From Bdellovibrionales bacterium (GTDB taxonomy: Bacteria; Bdellovibrionota; Bdellovibrionia; Bdellovibrionales; UBA1609), in contig OZ241877.1 of assembly GCA_965203095.1 (NCBI GenBank), forward strand, positions 864,001 through 928,000: a DNA stretch of 64,000 bases, read 5' to 3'. The position numbers and the translations under genes are program-made. This document shows positions 45,430 to 55,798 of this stretch, piece after piece (the first letter of the stretch is position 1; the number at the start of each line of letters is the position of its first letter). The notes below the pieces were generated by a model. It was not told the origin of the DNA and ran no database searches. It was given only the letters and a program-made list of their open reading frames with translations.

Positions 45430-45882
45430 CTATTTTTTCCAGTCTCTTTTATTCTCCTGCCATTGGCTAAAAATCTCATCTTGAATTTGATACATTTTTT
45501 TTGCAGAAGGCCCTCCTTTTTCGTGTTGATAGCCTAATAGATGCAAAAAACCATGCAGGACAAGGTAGGAAGTTTCCTCCTCCACTGTGAGTTTATGGGC
45601 TTTGGCTTGGTTAAGGATCTTTTCCCCACAAAGGGCCAATTCGCCAAAACTTTGTTTTTCTAAAGGAGCAAAACTCAAAATATCTGTTGGACAATCTTTT
45701 TTTAGAAAAGTTTTGTTGAGTTCTTGTATCTTTTTTGAGGAGACAAAAGCAATTACAAGCTTGGTTTTTTTTTCAATAGGCCAGGTCTTTTTCTTCTTTA
45801 AAGCAGATTCAAGAAAGAGTAAAAAATCTTCCAAAAATCTTTTAGATACCAGGGGATTTTCCCCAACAATTTCCAGTTTCAT
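45430..45882 (-). CDS. ybeY: rRNA maturation endoribonuclease YbeY
   Basis: TDILSF, GELALC, HGFLHLLGYQH; true start MKLEI at 45882 (upstream ORF extension is repeat sequence). Confidence 0.93.
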   Translation of the reverse strand: MKLEIVGENPLVSKRFLEDFLLFLESALKKKKTWPIEKKTKLVIAFVSSKKIQELNKTFLKKDCPTDILSFAPLEKQSFGELALCGEKILNQAKAHKLTVEEETSYLVLHGFLHLLGYQHEKGGPSAKKMYQIQDEIFSQWQENKRDWKK

Positions 45883-45892
45883 ATTTTTTATA

Positions 45893-46095
45893 TAGTTGCT
45901 CGCGAAAAACTCCTGCCTAAAAATCCTCCGGATTTTTAGGCTCCCTCTGAGATTGTTATTTCCCGGAGGACTTTTTAGCTGTTTTTGTCCAAAGCCCGCC
46001 CCATGAGGGTCCAAGGTATTTCCGTCCCGAAATGGAGCGGGTCTTTGGACAAAGAAACTCAACTCAATTTTGTCAGCGAAATAGCGAACACATAC
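45893..46095. mobile_element. MITE-like element, copy 4, 28-nt core in a third stem sequence plus an extra hairpin
   Basis: Left end TAGTTGCTCGCGAAAAA overlapping a TATATA run; hairpin GCCTAAAAATCC-TCC-GGATTTTTAGGC; stem 45984-46053; core 46004-46031; right boundary approximate. Confidence 0.78.
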
Positions 46096-46157
46096 AGGAA
46101 TGACCCCCTACTTTATATTGAATTGACTGGATTAAAAATTCAACCTATATTTTTCTT

Positions 46158-46826
46158 ATGTTTTTATTTAAAAGAAAACCTTCTAAAAAATCTTGGCTTT
46201 TTTTATTAGTAATCCTTTTCTTGATTTTATGTTTCGCCTTGATCTTTAAAATAAAACCTTTTTTAAAATGGCCATCGGCAAAGCTCAACTCCAGCACCCT
46301 TATTAAAACCTCTTCAATTAAAAGCCTTTGTCGGGAGGAAGTTTTTTTAGGCTTTCCCTCTAAAACTGCAAGCTCTTCACAAATAGACAAGCTCACAAAG
46401 CTTATGGATAGCCCTATAGAATGGGTTTTTAAAGATATTCATGAACAGATAGTTGACCTCTACTGTTTCAGGGGGAAAAAGCCTCTTGTAATAAACTTTT
46501 GGGCTACATGGTGCCCTCCCTGTGTGGAGGAGTTGCCCTCTCTTTCTGAATTGGCAAACAGACATTCTGATCAAATTTTTGTTTCAGCCATTAGTGCAGA
46601 GCCTCAACAAAACATTATTCATTTTTTAAAACAGTCTTTTCCTGCCCTCAGCCCTCATCTTAAAATTGCTCAAGTCAGTAAAGAAATTCAATTAGAGCGA
46701 TTTCCGGACGACCAACTTCCTGTCACTTATATTTTTGACAAACAGGGCTTTTTAAAAGCTAAAGAGGTGGGGGCAAGAGATTGGTCGGATAAAGAGCTTG
46801 TCCGGCAACTCCTCCATCTCCCTTAA
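46158..46826 (+). CDS. TlpA family thiol-disulfide reductase
   Basis: N-terminal TM; INFWATWCPPCVEELPSL; LPVTYIFD; GARDW. Confidence 0.92.
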   Translation: MFLFKRKPSKKSWLFLLVILFLILCFALIFKIKPFLKWPSAKLNSSTLIKTSSIKSLCREEVFLGFPSKTASSSQIDKLTKLMDSPIEWVFKDIHEQIVDLYCFRGKKPLVINFWATWCPPCVEELPSLSELANRHSDQIFVSAISAEPQQNIIHFLKQSFPALSPHLKIAQVSKEIQLERFPDDQLPVTYIFDKQGFLKAKEVGARDWSDKELVRQLLHLP

Positions 46827-46843
46827 ATACCCATGAACCAAGG

Positions 46844-49582
46844 TTATAAGCGGGATATACAGTTTTTGATGATTTTCTCTTGAGTGATTTTATGAGCTTT
46901 TTCCGAACCTTCAGCACTGGCGGCCAGCTCTGGCCTTCCCTCATAATGAATTTCCAAATTTTGGCCTAAGTTTTTTAGCAAACTCTCTAAACGATCTTTT
47001 ATAAAAAACCATGCTCCTCGATTTTGAGGTTCTTCTTGAAGCCAAATAATTTTTGAAAGACAAGGGAATCCGTTTAAAGCCGGATTTAAAGCAGTATCGG
47101 GAAAAGGATAAAGTTGCTCTAAACGAAAAACTACTGCTCTCTTTTTCTTAGAGGAATTTTCTCTTTTAGAAAGTTCCGAATAAAAATCATAATACACCTT
47201 GCCACTACAGAGGACTAAAGTCTCAATATCTCTTGGGTCTTGCCCTTCTTGATCCCAAATCAATTCTTCAAATTTTCCATAAATCAGATCCTCTCGGCTG
47301 GCCATCAGTTCTTCCCTTCTTAAAAGAGATTTTGGAGTCATAATAATTAAAGGCTTTCTCTCTTCAAGAAGGACTTTTTGCCTTCTTAAGGCATGAAATA
47401 AATTGCTCCCTTTTGTGAAATTGCAAAGCCTCATGTTGTTTTGAGCACAAAGCTGTAAAAATCGCTCCATATAAGCACTGGAATGTTCCGGCCCCTGCCC
47501 CTCATAACCATGGGGCAATAGCAAGACAATATCTGTTTTTTTCAACCACTTCATTTCCCCAGAAGAAATAAATTGATCGATTATAATTTGAGCACCATTG
47601 GCAAAATCCCCAAACTGAGCTTCCCAAAGAGTTAAAAAATCAGGGGCTAAACAAGAGTTGCCATACTCAAAAGCCAAAACCGCCATTTCAGATAATGGAG
47701 AGTTATAAAGGCAAAATTCCTGATTGTTGTTTTTAGCTAACTGTTTTAAGGGCGAAAGGGTTTTGCCCGTTTCATAATCGTAATACACTGCATGGCGGTG
47801 GGAAAATGTCCCTCTCTTGGAATCTTGCCCTGTCAAGCGGACGGAAAAGCCCTCTTTTAACAAAGAACCATAAGCCACCAGCTCACATGTTGCCCAATCT
47901 AATTTGTTTTCCGACAAAGCTTGCCTTCTTTTTTGAAGGATTTTTTTAAACTTAGGATTGAGATTTATTCCTTCCGGTTCCATAGAGATAATTTTTAAAA
48001 CTTCTTCCAGTTTTTGTTTTTCAAGAGATGTGCTTTTAAGAGCTTTTTTTGTAATTTTGTCCTCATCCCCCACATAATCTTTTTTTGAAAAAGATCTTTT
48101 AGATTTTCTGAATTGCTTAAGTGCATTCTCCCAATGGCTTTCTGCTTGCTGGATCAAGCTCTCTGCCTTTTCACTGTTTAAAACATTCCCTTTAATGAGA
48201 TCTTCTTTATAATGGATTAAAAGGCTCTGGCATTTTTTGATTTTTTTTGACATTTCCGGTTGAGTAAAAGAAGGCTCATCCCCCTCATTGTGCCCATACT
48301 TCCTATAACCAATCAGATCGATAAAAACATCTGAACCCAACTCTTGACGAAAGCGACAGGCCATGTCCATAGCTTTAAGACATGAGGGCAAATCATCTGC
48401 ATTCACTAAAAGCACCGGTGCTCCAATAGCTTTAGCCATATCTGAGGCAAATAGGCTGGATCGCCCCTCAATGGGATCGGTTGTAAAACCCACTTGGTTA
48501 TTTAAAATAATATGAATAGCCCCACCCACAGTATAGCCCTTGAGTTGAGATAGTTGCAGAGTCTCACTTACAGAACCTTGCCCGCAAAAAGCGGCATCGC
48601 CATGAATGAGAACAGGCAGAACAGATTTTCTTTGTTGCGTGTCTTTATTTTTCCGCTGAAGGGCACGGCTCACCCCACAAACCACTGGGCCAATAGCCTC
48701 TAAATGACTGGGGTTATAAGCCAAATACAAAGAGCAAGGGCCACTTTTAGTCTGCCTTTGAGAGGAAAATCCCACATGGTGTTTTACATCACCAGTCCAA
48801 TCGCCCTCTTTAAAGGTTAATGACTGTTTTCCTCCATCAAATTCTGAAAAAATAGCTTGAGGATTTTGCCCCAAAATATTGACAAGAACATTAATTCGCC
48901 CTCTGTGAGGCATGCCTATTGTTAGATTTTTCATCCCCATACTGGTCCCTTTTTCTAAAAGATAATCCAACATAGGGATTAGGGCGTCTAAACCTTCTAA
49001 AGAGAATCGCTTTTTCCCAAGAAAATAAAAATGAACAAATTGTTCCCAAGTGACAGCTTGGCTCAAGCTTTTAAAAGCTTGGATCTTTTCCTCCTTAGAG
49101 AGAGAAAAATCCTTTTGCTCAAACTCATTAAAAAACCAGTTTCTGACTTGTGGAGGGCAAGCTCCTACTTGAAGAGCTAATGTCCCGCAGTATTTTTCCT
49201 CTAAAAAAAAGAGAACATCTTTTAGAGGTTTTTTTATGCCTAAAAGGCTTTCTGTAATGGCAAAACTTTGGGATAAATCTTTGTCTGTGATTTGAAAATT
49301 CTCCAAAGTGGGAAAGCCTTTGTTAGGGTTATCTCCAAGAGGATCGAGCTGGGCTTTAAGATAGCCATGATCTCTATAATGTTGAAACAACTGAAAAACC
49401 TTTAACTCTTTTTCTAAGGAGGAAAAGCTTTGTTGGCTATCCATACCGGAATGCAAGCCTTGGAAAAACCATCGCCAAGAATCCTCTACCTTTGCCGGAT
49501 CTTGCAGATAGGCTTTATAAAGCTCTTCAGAATAACTTAAGTTGGCTTGGCTTAACTGATCTTCTGCTCTATATTTTGGCAT
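46844..49582 (-). CDS. sucA: 2-oxoglutarate dehydrogenase E1
   Basis: KRFSLEG, GDVKHH, NPSHLE, HGDAAF.GQG, GHNEGDEP, RGTFSHRH, WEAQFGDFANGAQ, LLPHGYEGQGPEHSS. Confidence 0.96.
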   Translation of the reverse strand: MPKYRAEDQLSQANLSYSEELYKAYLQDPAKVEDSWRWFFQGLHSGMDSQQSFSSLEKELKVFQLFQHYRDHGYLKAQLDPLGDNPNKGFPTLENFQITDKDLSQSFAITESLLGIKKPLKDVLFFLEEKYCGTLALQVGACPPQVRNWFFNEFEQKDFSLSKEEKIQAFKSLSQAVTWEQFVHFYFLGKKRFSLEGLDALIPMLDYLLEKGTSMGMKNLTIGMPHRGRINVLVNILGQNPQAIFSEFDGGKQSLTFKEGDWTGDVKHHVGFSSQRQTKSGPCSLYLAYNPSHLEAIGPVVCGVSRALQRKNKDTQQRKSVLPVLIHGDAAFCGQGSVSETLQLSQLKGYTVGGAIHIILNNQVGFTTDPIEGRSSLFASDMAKAIGAPVLLVNADDLPSCLKAMDMACRFRQELGSDVFIDLIGYRKYGHNEGDEPSFTQPEMSKKIKKCQSLLIHYKEDLIKGNVLNSEKAESLIQQAESHWENALKQFRKSKRSFSKKDYVGDEDKITKKALKSTSLEKQKLEEVLKIISMEPEGINLNPKFKKILQKRRQALSENKLDWATCELVAYGSLLKEGFSVRLTGQDSKRGTFSHRHAVYYDYETGKTLSPLKQLAKNNNQEFCLYNSPLSEMAVLAFEYGNSCLAPDFLTLWEAQFGDFANGAQIIIDQFISSGEMKWLKKTDIVLLLPHGYEGQGPEHSSAYMERFLQLCAQNNMRLCNFTKGSNLFHALRRQKVLLEERKPLIIMTPKSLLRREELMASREDLIYGKFEELIWDQEGQDPRDIETLVLCSGKVYYDFYSELSKRENSSKKKRAVVFRLEQLYPFPDTALNPALNGFPCLSKIIWLQEEPQNRGAWFFIKDRLESLLKNLGQNLEIHYEGRPELAASAEGSEKAHKITQEKIIKNCISRL

Positions 49583-49781
49583 ACTTGCACCCATTCTATT
49601 TTAGAAGTGTTTAGATTCAACAGGAATTTTTTAAAAAAGCCCTTAAAATCCTTTTCTTGAAGAGATTTTTTCCACTTCAAGGGCTGTTTTTCATGATAAA
49701 ATAGTGCTGGAATTATGGGCTGAGGGTAGCCTTTTTGCTGAATGTGCTGTATAAACAAGGCTCTAAAAACCGAACTATCAC

Positions 49782-50549
49782 ATGCTAAACAAGTGGACAC
49801 TTTTTTTTGCTCAAGTTTTTAGCCATGCCGGCTTAGTCTATTTGATTTTTGTCGGGAACTGGCAGGACTGGAGTATTTGCCTGCTGGTTTATTTTTTTAC
49901 AGGCTGTTTGGGCATGACTGTGACTTATCACAGAGGGCTTTCTCATAAAGCTTGGGCTATGCCAAAATTGTTTGAATATGTGGGCACAGTTTGTGCCAGC
50001 ATTGGCCTTACTGGAAGTGCTATATCTTGGGTGGCCATCCATCGAAAACACCATGCCTTTACAGATACAATTAAAGACCCTCATTCCCCTTCTCATAAAG
50101 GTTTTTTCTTTTGCCAATGGCTTTCTATGTTTATCCCTGTAGAGGTGAAATATGTCCCTGATCTTTTAAGGAGACCTTTTTATAAATTTCAACATAAGTT
50201 TTACTTTTTAATTAGCTTTGTTTATGCCGGGGTTCTTTTTTCTATTGATCCTTTTTTGATTGTGTCGGCTTGGCTGGCTCCGGCGACCATCCTTTGGAAT
50301 GCTGGTTCCTTTATCGTCACATTGGCTCACCTTGGAGAAAAATCTCTTGAAACAAAAAGTGGTTTATCTAAAAACAGTCCTCTTTTAGCTCTCTTGGTTT
50401 GGGGGGAGGGTTGGCATAAAAATCACCATTTAAAGCCAGAAAGCCCAAGTTTTGGAAAATATTGGTGGCAATTTGACCTCGGATATTATATAATCCTTTT
50501 GGTCGAGTTTATTGGAGGGATAAAGCCAAGGCTTAAAAAAGCGAGCTAA
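49782..50549 (+). CDS. Membrane fatty-acid desaturase (delta9-like), no. 1
   Basis: His boxes HRGLSH, HRKHH, WHKNHH; DPHSP. Confidence 0.9.
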   Translation: MLNKWTLFFAQVFSHAGLVYLIFVGNWQDWSICLLVYFFTGCLGMTVTYHRGLSHKAWAMPKLFEYVGTVCASIGLTGSAISWVAIHRKHHAFTDTIKDPHSPSHKGFFFCQWLSMFIPVEVKYVPDLLRRPFYKFQHKFYFLISFVYAGVLFSIDPFLIVSAWLAPATILWNAGSFIVTLAHLGEKSLETKSGLSKNSPLLALLVWGEGWHKNHHLKPESPSFGKYWWQFDLGYYIILLVEFIGGIKPRLKKAS

Positions 50550-50663
50550 CCCTTGCTTTTTTGTGCTGGCTTTCTGTCTCGCTTAAAAAAGGCATAAGGA
50601 TCCTTATCCACTTTAAGAGAGTGGTTTTTAAAAAGGAAATGATCATAAATTGGAGTTTAAAAA

Positions 50664-51395
50664 ATGAGTCCAACATTAAAAATCAAGAGGAAAAATCGTC
50701 ATCAGTGCCCTATTTTTGCCAAGCTTAAACTTCAATTTGATATTGGAAAATTAAGAGAAGATCTTAAGTTTTTAAATAAGACAAAAACTTGGGATGGTTT
50801 AAGTAAAGAATATAATGCTCTTTGCGAAACTCATAAAAAACTCCCTCAATATTTCCTAAAAGAAGAGGAAAAGCCTGATGAAAAAGCCGGCTACTCTCAA
50901 TTAGCTGTAAGTGAGTTAGACGAGAGCTTTTGTATTTCGCCCAACAATGAAGAGGAATCCCCTTGGGCCCGGCGAATAGCTAAAAAAAATAAATTGGCGG
51001 ATGAAAGGTTTTACCGCAAGCCTGTTCCAGGGCTACCAAAATATTTCTCTTATGTATTGGATCAATTCCGTCCTTTTTTGCATCGGTCCCGGTTGGCTCG
51101 TTTAAAACCAGGGGGAGAAGTTAAACCCCATATTGATTACGACACCACTTACAGCATCCGTTTACACATCCCTATTGAAAGCAATTCTAAATGTTTTAAT
51201 GGCTGTTTTGTAAAAGGAGAAAACATTGCCCTCAACCTCCCTGCTGATGGGGGCGTTTGGTTTGTCAATCAGGGCCTAAAACACTACGCCCTTAACAATG
51301 GCGAAACCGATCGCATCCACTTAATACTGAGTGTGGATAGCCAAAAATTTATTTCTCCAGAATACTTATCAAAATCTTTGGAGATGAGGTGTTAA
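50664..51395 (+). CDS. Asp/Asn beta-hydroxylase-like 2OG-Fe(II) oxygenase, no. 1
   Basis: LKPGGEVKPHID, RLHIPI, H..LNNGETDRIHLI. Confidence 0.82.
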   Translation: MSPTLKIKRKNRHQCPIFAKLKLQFDIGKLREDLKFLNKTKTWDGLSKEYNALCETHKKLPQYFLKEEEKPDEKAGYSQLAVSELDESFCISPNNEEESPWARRIAKKNKLADERFYRKPVPGLPKYFSYVLDQFRPFLHRSRLARLKPGGEVKPHIDYDTTYSIRLHIPIESNSKCFNGCFVKGENIALNLPADGGVWFVNQGLKHYALNNGETDRIHLILSVDSQKFISPEYLSKSLEMRC

Positions 51396-51401
51396 AAAGT
51401 C

Positions 51402-52265
51402 ATGTGGTTCTTTTTCAAAAAAACAGGGTTCCCATTCCGATGGACTAAAGCGGTTAAAATCCGAATTTTACAGTTGGTTTTTTTTGTTGTCTCTATAATG
51501 GGAATTTTAACTCTCTCTTTCCAATGGACTTTGTTGGGTCTTTTCAGTTATGTTTTTTTGGAAACTGTGGCGGGCAATATAGCTTTACATCGTTATTTTG
51601 CCCATAAAAGTTTTGAAACCTATACTTTTATTGAGCCTATTTTTAGATTCCTTTCTCATTATATTGGTTTGGGATCTGTTGTGAGCTGGGTAGCGACACA
51701 CAGATACCACCATAAACACAGTGACACGGTAAAAGACGCACATAGCCCTCACCATCAAGGCATTTTTAAAATTATATTTGGGCTTTGGAATTTGAATATA
51801 GAAAGAAAAATGATTAGAGACATTCTTCAAGACAAAAAATTACTCAAATGGCATCGTCACTATTTTAAATTTCATATTTTTATTATAGGGCTTTTTATCT
51901 CTATTGATTTTATTTTTAAAAGTCACTTTTTTTACTCTCTTTATGCTTTGCCTAATCTTCTCTGCCTTTTGAGTGGCTATGTTTTGGTAGTTATCACACA
52001 TAGCCACGGCTACCAAACTTATCCCACAGGGGATGAAAGCCGGAACAGCTGGATAGCCAACATTTACACTTTGGGCGAAGGTTGGCACAACAATCACCAT
52101 GCCCAGCCAGACAATTACCAGTCAGGGGAATTGGCCCATGAATGGGATTTGCCGGCTTTACTTATCCGATGGCTTTTTCTTAAAAAGGAGAAAGGCTTTT
52201 TAGCAGACTCCCCCTTGTCAGAGGGAGATGAAAAGTCTGTGATTAACTTAGGAAAAGTTAAATAG
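51402..52265 (+). CDS. Membrane fatty-acid desaturase, no. 2
   Basis: HRYFAH, HRYHH, GEGWHNNHH. Confidence 0.9.
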   Translation: MWFFFKKTGFPFRWTKAVKIRILQLVFFVVSIMGILTLSFQWTLLGLFSYVFLETVAGNIALHRYFAHKSFETYTFIEPIFRFLSHYIGLGSVVSWVATHRYHHKHSDTVKDAHSPHHQGIFKIIFGLWNLNIERKMIRDILQDKKLLKWHRHYFKFHIFIIGLFISIDFIFKSHFFYSLYALPNLLCLLSGYVLVVITHSHGYQTYPTGDESRNSWIANIYTLGEGWHNNHHAQPDNYQSGELAHEWDLPALLIRWLFLKKEKGFLADSPLSEGDEKSVINLGKVK

Positions 52266-52266
52266 T

Positions 52267-53028
52267 ATGAAAAATATAAACACTTTGCGAGGGCTTTATT
52301 TGATATGTCATATCGCTATTATCCCTGCCATTCTTTTAGGAAGTTTCTCTTGGTGCTTGTGCTCTATCGCGACTTACTTTGTTTTGCAAATTTTAGGCTT
52401 AAGTGTTGGCTTGCATCGGTATTTTGCTCATAAATCCTTCAACACAGGAAAATACCGGGAGTTATTTTTATTATTATTTGCTACAATTACAGCAATGGGT
52501 AGCCCCATAAGTTGGGCCGGCGTGCATCGTTTTCACCATTTACATTCCGATACAGATAAAGACCCTCATTCTCCACACAAAAAAAGCCTTTGGCATATTT
52601 TGTTGGGTTTATACAATAAAAATATTAAAATCCCTCCTTCACTTATAAAAGATCTTTTAAAATCCCCCGCATTGCTTTTTGTGCATAAACATTATTTTAA
52701 AATTTTAGCTGTTTGGGCATTTTGCCTTTTTTTGATTGGTGGTTCCAAAGCTCTTATTTTTATTTTTTGTATTCCCATTGTTTTTATTTACTGGGCCACT
52801 GCTATAGGGCTTATTTTGGTTCACACTCAAGGCTATAGGAATTTTGAGACAATTGATCGATCTGTCAACTCTTGGCTTGTCAGCCTTTACACACTTGGCG
52901 ATGGTTGGCATAATAACCATCATAAATATCCTGATCGCTACAAACATGGTTTAAAATGGTGGGAGCTGGATCTGAGTGCTGTTTTGATCTCTTGGTTTTT
53001 CCAAAAAAAACTGGCCTACACTGCTTAA
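52267..53028 (+). CDS. Membrane fatty-acid desaturase, no. 3
   Basis: HRYFAH, HRFHH, GDGWHNNHH. Confidence 0.9.
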   Translation: MKNINTLRGLYLICHIAIIPAILLGSFSWCLCSIATYFVLQILGLSVGLHRYFAHKSFNTGKYRELFLLLFATITAMGSPISWAGVHRFHHLHSDTDKDPHSPHKKSLWHILLGLYNKNIKIPPSLIKDLLKSPALLFVHKHYFKILAVWAFCLFLIGGSKALIFIFCIPIVFIYWATAIGLILVHTQGYRNFETIDRSVNSWLVSLYTLGDGWHNNHHKYPDRYKHGLKWWELDLSAVLISWFFQKKLAYTA

Positions 53029-53034
53029 TTTTAT

Positions 53035-53640
53035 ATGAAAAAGCTCTCTTTACAAAAACAATCAGCTGGCCTGAAAATTGCAATTACAGGCCACACTTCC
53101 GGCATAGGGAAAGGGCTATATAACTTTTATATAAAGGATCATCAAGTGATGGGTTTTTCCCGATCTAATGGTTTTGATATTGAAACAAAACAAGATAAGA
53201 TCTTGGAAAAATCAAAAAACTGCGATATTTTTATCAACAATGCTTACAGTGGCTTTGCTCAAACTGACTTGCTTTTTAAATTATGGGATTTTTGGCGAAA
53301 TAAGGAAAAGCTAATAATCAATGTCAATAGTATGATCCGCGATTTGTCTTTCCCCTATATAAAAACCCCGCCTTTTTCTAAATACAAAATTCATAAATTG
53401 GCCCTATATCAAGCTGTGCAAGAGCTACAACAAAGCCCTTCAAAATGTCAAGTCAGCCAAATCACCTTGGGTGTGGTGGATACTTCATTTTTTATACTTA
53501 AATCTGCCCTAAATAAAGACAATAAATTGGTTTCAGAAAAAAAGATGAAAATAAAAGATGTAGTTGAAGTAGTTAATATGATTGTGACCTGTTGGAAAAA
53601 AATCAAAATACATGATATAGTTGTGGGAGAGACTAAATGA
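53035..53640 (+). CDS. Short SDR-family oxidoreductase
   Basis: ITGHTSGIG, FINNA, YKIHK (YxxxK), GVVDT. Confidence 0.8.
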   Translation: MKKLSLQKQSAGLKIAITGHTSGIGKGLYNFYIKDHQVMGFSRSNGFDIETKQDKILEKSKNCDIFINNAYSGFAQTDLLFKLWDFWRNKEKLIINVNSMIRDLSFPYIKTPPFSKYKIHKLALYQAVQELQQSPSKCQVSQITLGVVDTSFFILKSALNKDNKLVSEKKMKIKDVVEVVNMIVTCWKKIKIHDIVVGETK

Positions 53641-54437
53641 AAAACTCTTTACTTTTTTCAGAAACTTATGAAAAACTCTTCAATGAGATTCAAAAAAACA
53701 ACCTTCTACCTATTGGGGAAACAGGAACTCTCCCTATTCATAAAAGCAAAAAAGATGTTGATTATCCTAAAATCATCAAGTTTCAACATGCTTTTTCTCA
53801 TAACAAGCTTTTGGAAGATTTCAATACCACTAAGTCTCTATTAAAAAAATATGGAGAACCTGCTTTTGGAGGCTACAGTTCCTACTTTATCCAAACTCAA
53901 TATTCAGAAGTTTTAAAAATGTTGGGAGAGTTAGGTTTTTCTAAAGACCGTTATGAAGTTTACCAACTGAGCTTGAGTGGCCAGTCTGAACTTTTACCCA
54001 TAGTTGGGGATTACACTCGCGACACTCTCAATAAAATAGGCAGGAATTTTTGGCAATTGTATGTGACGGCAAAACCGGATTGGTCTTTAAAACCTCATAT
54101 TGACCATAAAGATATGAGCAAGTTTGGTTTTAAAGTTTTCCTACCTATCAATGAAGACCGCTATATCGGTTGGATTTGTAAGCACAAAAAAATACAGATA
54201 TATAAACTGTTAAAGGGGATCCCTTATTTTTTAAATGTGACACTGCCTCATTTTGCAGTAAATCCTACTTCAAGCAAGTCTATTGCCTTAAATTTTCATA
54301 TTGCTGAGGACAAAGGCATCCTCAAGGGAGAGGAAATGGAACCGGAAAAAGATATAACTTGGATAGAAAAACAAATTCCATGGATAAAGGAGTTATATGC
54401 TAACTTTGATCAAAATTGTAAGCTCATTTTTAAATAA
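53637..54437 (+). CDS. Putative 2OG-Fe(II) oxygenase (AspH-like), no. 2
   Basis: LKPHIDH, KVFLPI, YFLN..LPHFAVN; parallels 50664-51395. Confidence 0.6.
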   Translation: MKNSLLFSETYEKLFNEIQKNNLLPIGETGTLPIHKSKKDVDYPKIIKFQHAFSHNKLLEDFNTTKSLLKKYGEPAFGGYSSYFIQTQYSEVLKMLGELGFSKDRYEVYQLSLSGQSELLPIVGDYTRDTLNKIGRNFWQLYVTAKPDWSLKPHIDHKDMSKFGFKVFLPINEDRYIGWICKHKKIQIYKLLKGIPYFLNVTLPHFAVNPTSSKSIALNFHIAEDKGILKGEEMEPEKDITWIEKQIPWIKELYANFDQNCKLIFK

Positions 54438-54882
54438 ATTGAGAGGCTTAGTTTTTAAAAAAATCCCTCTTCGTCAAATTTTGATTTCTGTTATTCTGAT
54501 GGTTTATATTTCTATCTCTCATATTATTTTACCGGCTTTTAACAAGAGCCATTTTTTGTTTTTTTCAGATTGGGTTTTGTTTTCGTTTACACCTTTAGAG
54601 TCCGTTTATGACATTTCTTGGGATGGAGGCAAAAGCTTTCTTTTAAGAGATCATAGGCAAAAAATCCCGTTTTCATTTCAAAATCAAGATTCTTTTAAAG
54701 GAAATAAGTTCATTAACTCTGTATTGTTTAATGATTATAAAACTCTCAAAGAAAAGTTTGTTTTAGATATTAAAACAAAATGCCAGTGTGAAAACCTACA
54801 ATTTTTTAAATTGAAGGGCAGTATAGCCGATCATATCATTTATAAAAAACAGCTTGAAATATACTGGAAAAAAGCACTGTGA
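54397..54882 (+). CDS. Hypothetical membrane-anchored protein
   Basis: One TM followed by FFSDWVLFS; overlaps both neighbours. Confidence 0.6.
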   Translation: MLTLIKIVSSFLNKLRGLVFKKIPLRQILISVILMVYISISHIILPAFNKSHFLFFSDWVLFSFTPLESVYDISWDGGKSFLLRDHRQKIPFSFQNQDSFKGNKFINSVLFNDYKTLKEKFVLDIKTKCQCENLQFFKLKGSIADHIIYKKQLEIYWKKAL

Positions 54883-55712
54883 GCCGGATTTTCTCTCAAA
54901 TTTACTATCTTCTGCTTTTTTGTTCTGGCTATTATTGGGCCTATGTTTGGTTAAATGAGCTTTCCACAGAAGGCATAAAAAAATATCTCTTATTTGCTGG
55001 TTTTTTAAACTATGTTCCCGTCCCGGCCTACCTGTTCCCTTTGTTGGGCTTGCTATTTTTTGTCTTTTGTTTGTTATGTGTTTTATCCCCTGCTGTAAAA
55101 GCTTTTAAACGATTTGAACCTTATTTTAAGATTTTAACTGCGATGCTTTATTGTCTTAATATTTCCATCCTTTTTTCTTATTATGAACATATTATTATAC
55201 ATCATCACTGTTGGATGCTCTCCTGCTGTATTATGTGCTTTCACTGCTCTAATAAAACTTTAAATTCAAAAGCCAATTTATTGGCTTTAAATTTGAATCA
55301 ATCTATTTTGTTAATAAATTATTTCATCTCCAGTTTATGGAGGATTCGCTCTTATACTCATTCGGAATCTTCTTTTTTAGATATAGTGATGGATTATATC
55401 GGGTATGGTTTGGCTGGTGCCAGGGCTGAGCCTTCATTTCTATTGCAAATTTTGTTGGATAAGCCTTATTTTTTGGCCTTTAGTTTTGTATGTGTGACGA
55501 TGTTTCAGCTATCTTGCCTGATTCCTGCTTTTTTAAATTCCCGCCGGTTATTTGTTTTATACGGAGCTTTGCTTATTGGATTTCACTTAGCAACGGGAAT
55601 TACTGTGGGAGTGTATTGGCTTTTTTCCATCCCCTCTATTTTATTTTTTCTTATTGTTGCTGAAACCTTAAAGAAAGAAGAGAGAAAGCTTTTGCTGAGG
55701 CAGAGATCTTAA
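54879..55712 (+). CDS. Hypothetical polytopic membrane protein (HTTM-like pattern)
   Basis: ~7 TM; HHH and GFHL motifs; coupled to the upstream gene. Confidence 0.6.
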   Translation: MSRIFSQIYYLLLFCSGYYWAYVWLNELSTEGIKKYLLFAGFLNYVPVPAYLFPLLGLLFFVFCLLCVLSPAVKAFKRFEPYFKILTAMLYCLNISILFSYYEHIIIHHHCWMLSCCIMCFHCSNKTLNSKANLLALNLNQSILLINYFISSLWRIRSYTHSESSFLDIVMDYIGYGLAGARAEPSFLLQILLDKPYFLAFSFVCVTMFQLSCLIPAFLNSRRLFVLYGALLIGFHLATGITVGVYWLFSIPSILFFLIVAETLKKEERKLLLRQRS

Positions 55713-55762
55713 TATACTGATCACAGTTGAAATTTCCGGGCAAAACAAAGAAAACGGGAATC
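55713..55762 (+). repeat. Dispersed repeat starting TATACTGATCACAGTTGAAAT (copy B)
   Basis: 21/21 match to the reverse complement of 11233-11253; begins right after the TAA at 55710-55712. Confidence 0.75.
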
Positions 55763-55798
55763 TTCAAATAAAATCCGTATAATTTTGCTTGATAAGTT

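Noticed and set aside
45883..46062. 60-aa N-terminal extension of YbeY in the ORF track
   Set aside because: It is read-through of MITE copy 4; YbeY homology starts at MKLEI (45882)
55713..55733. Repeat ending GTTGAAAT as a CRISPR repeat
   Set aside because: Only two copies, 44 kb apart and in opposite orientation; no spacer array or cas genes
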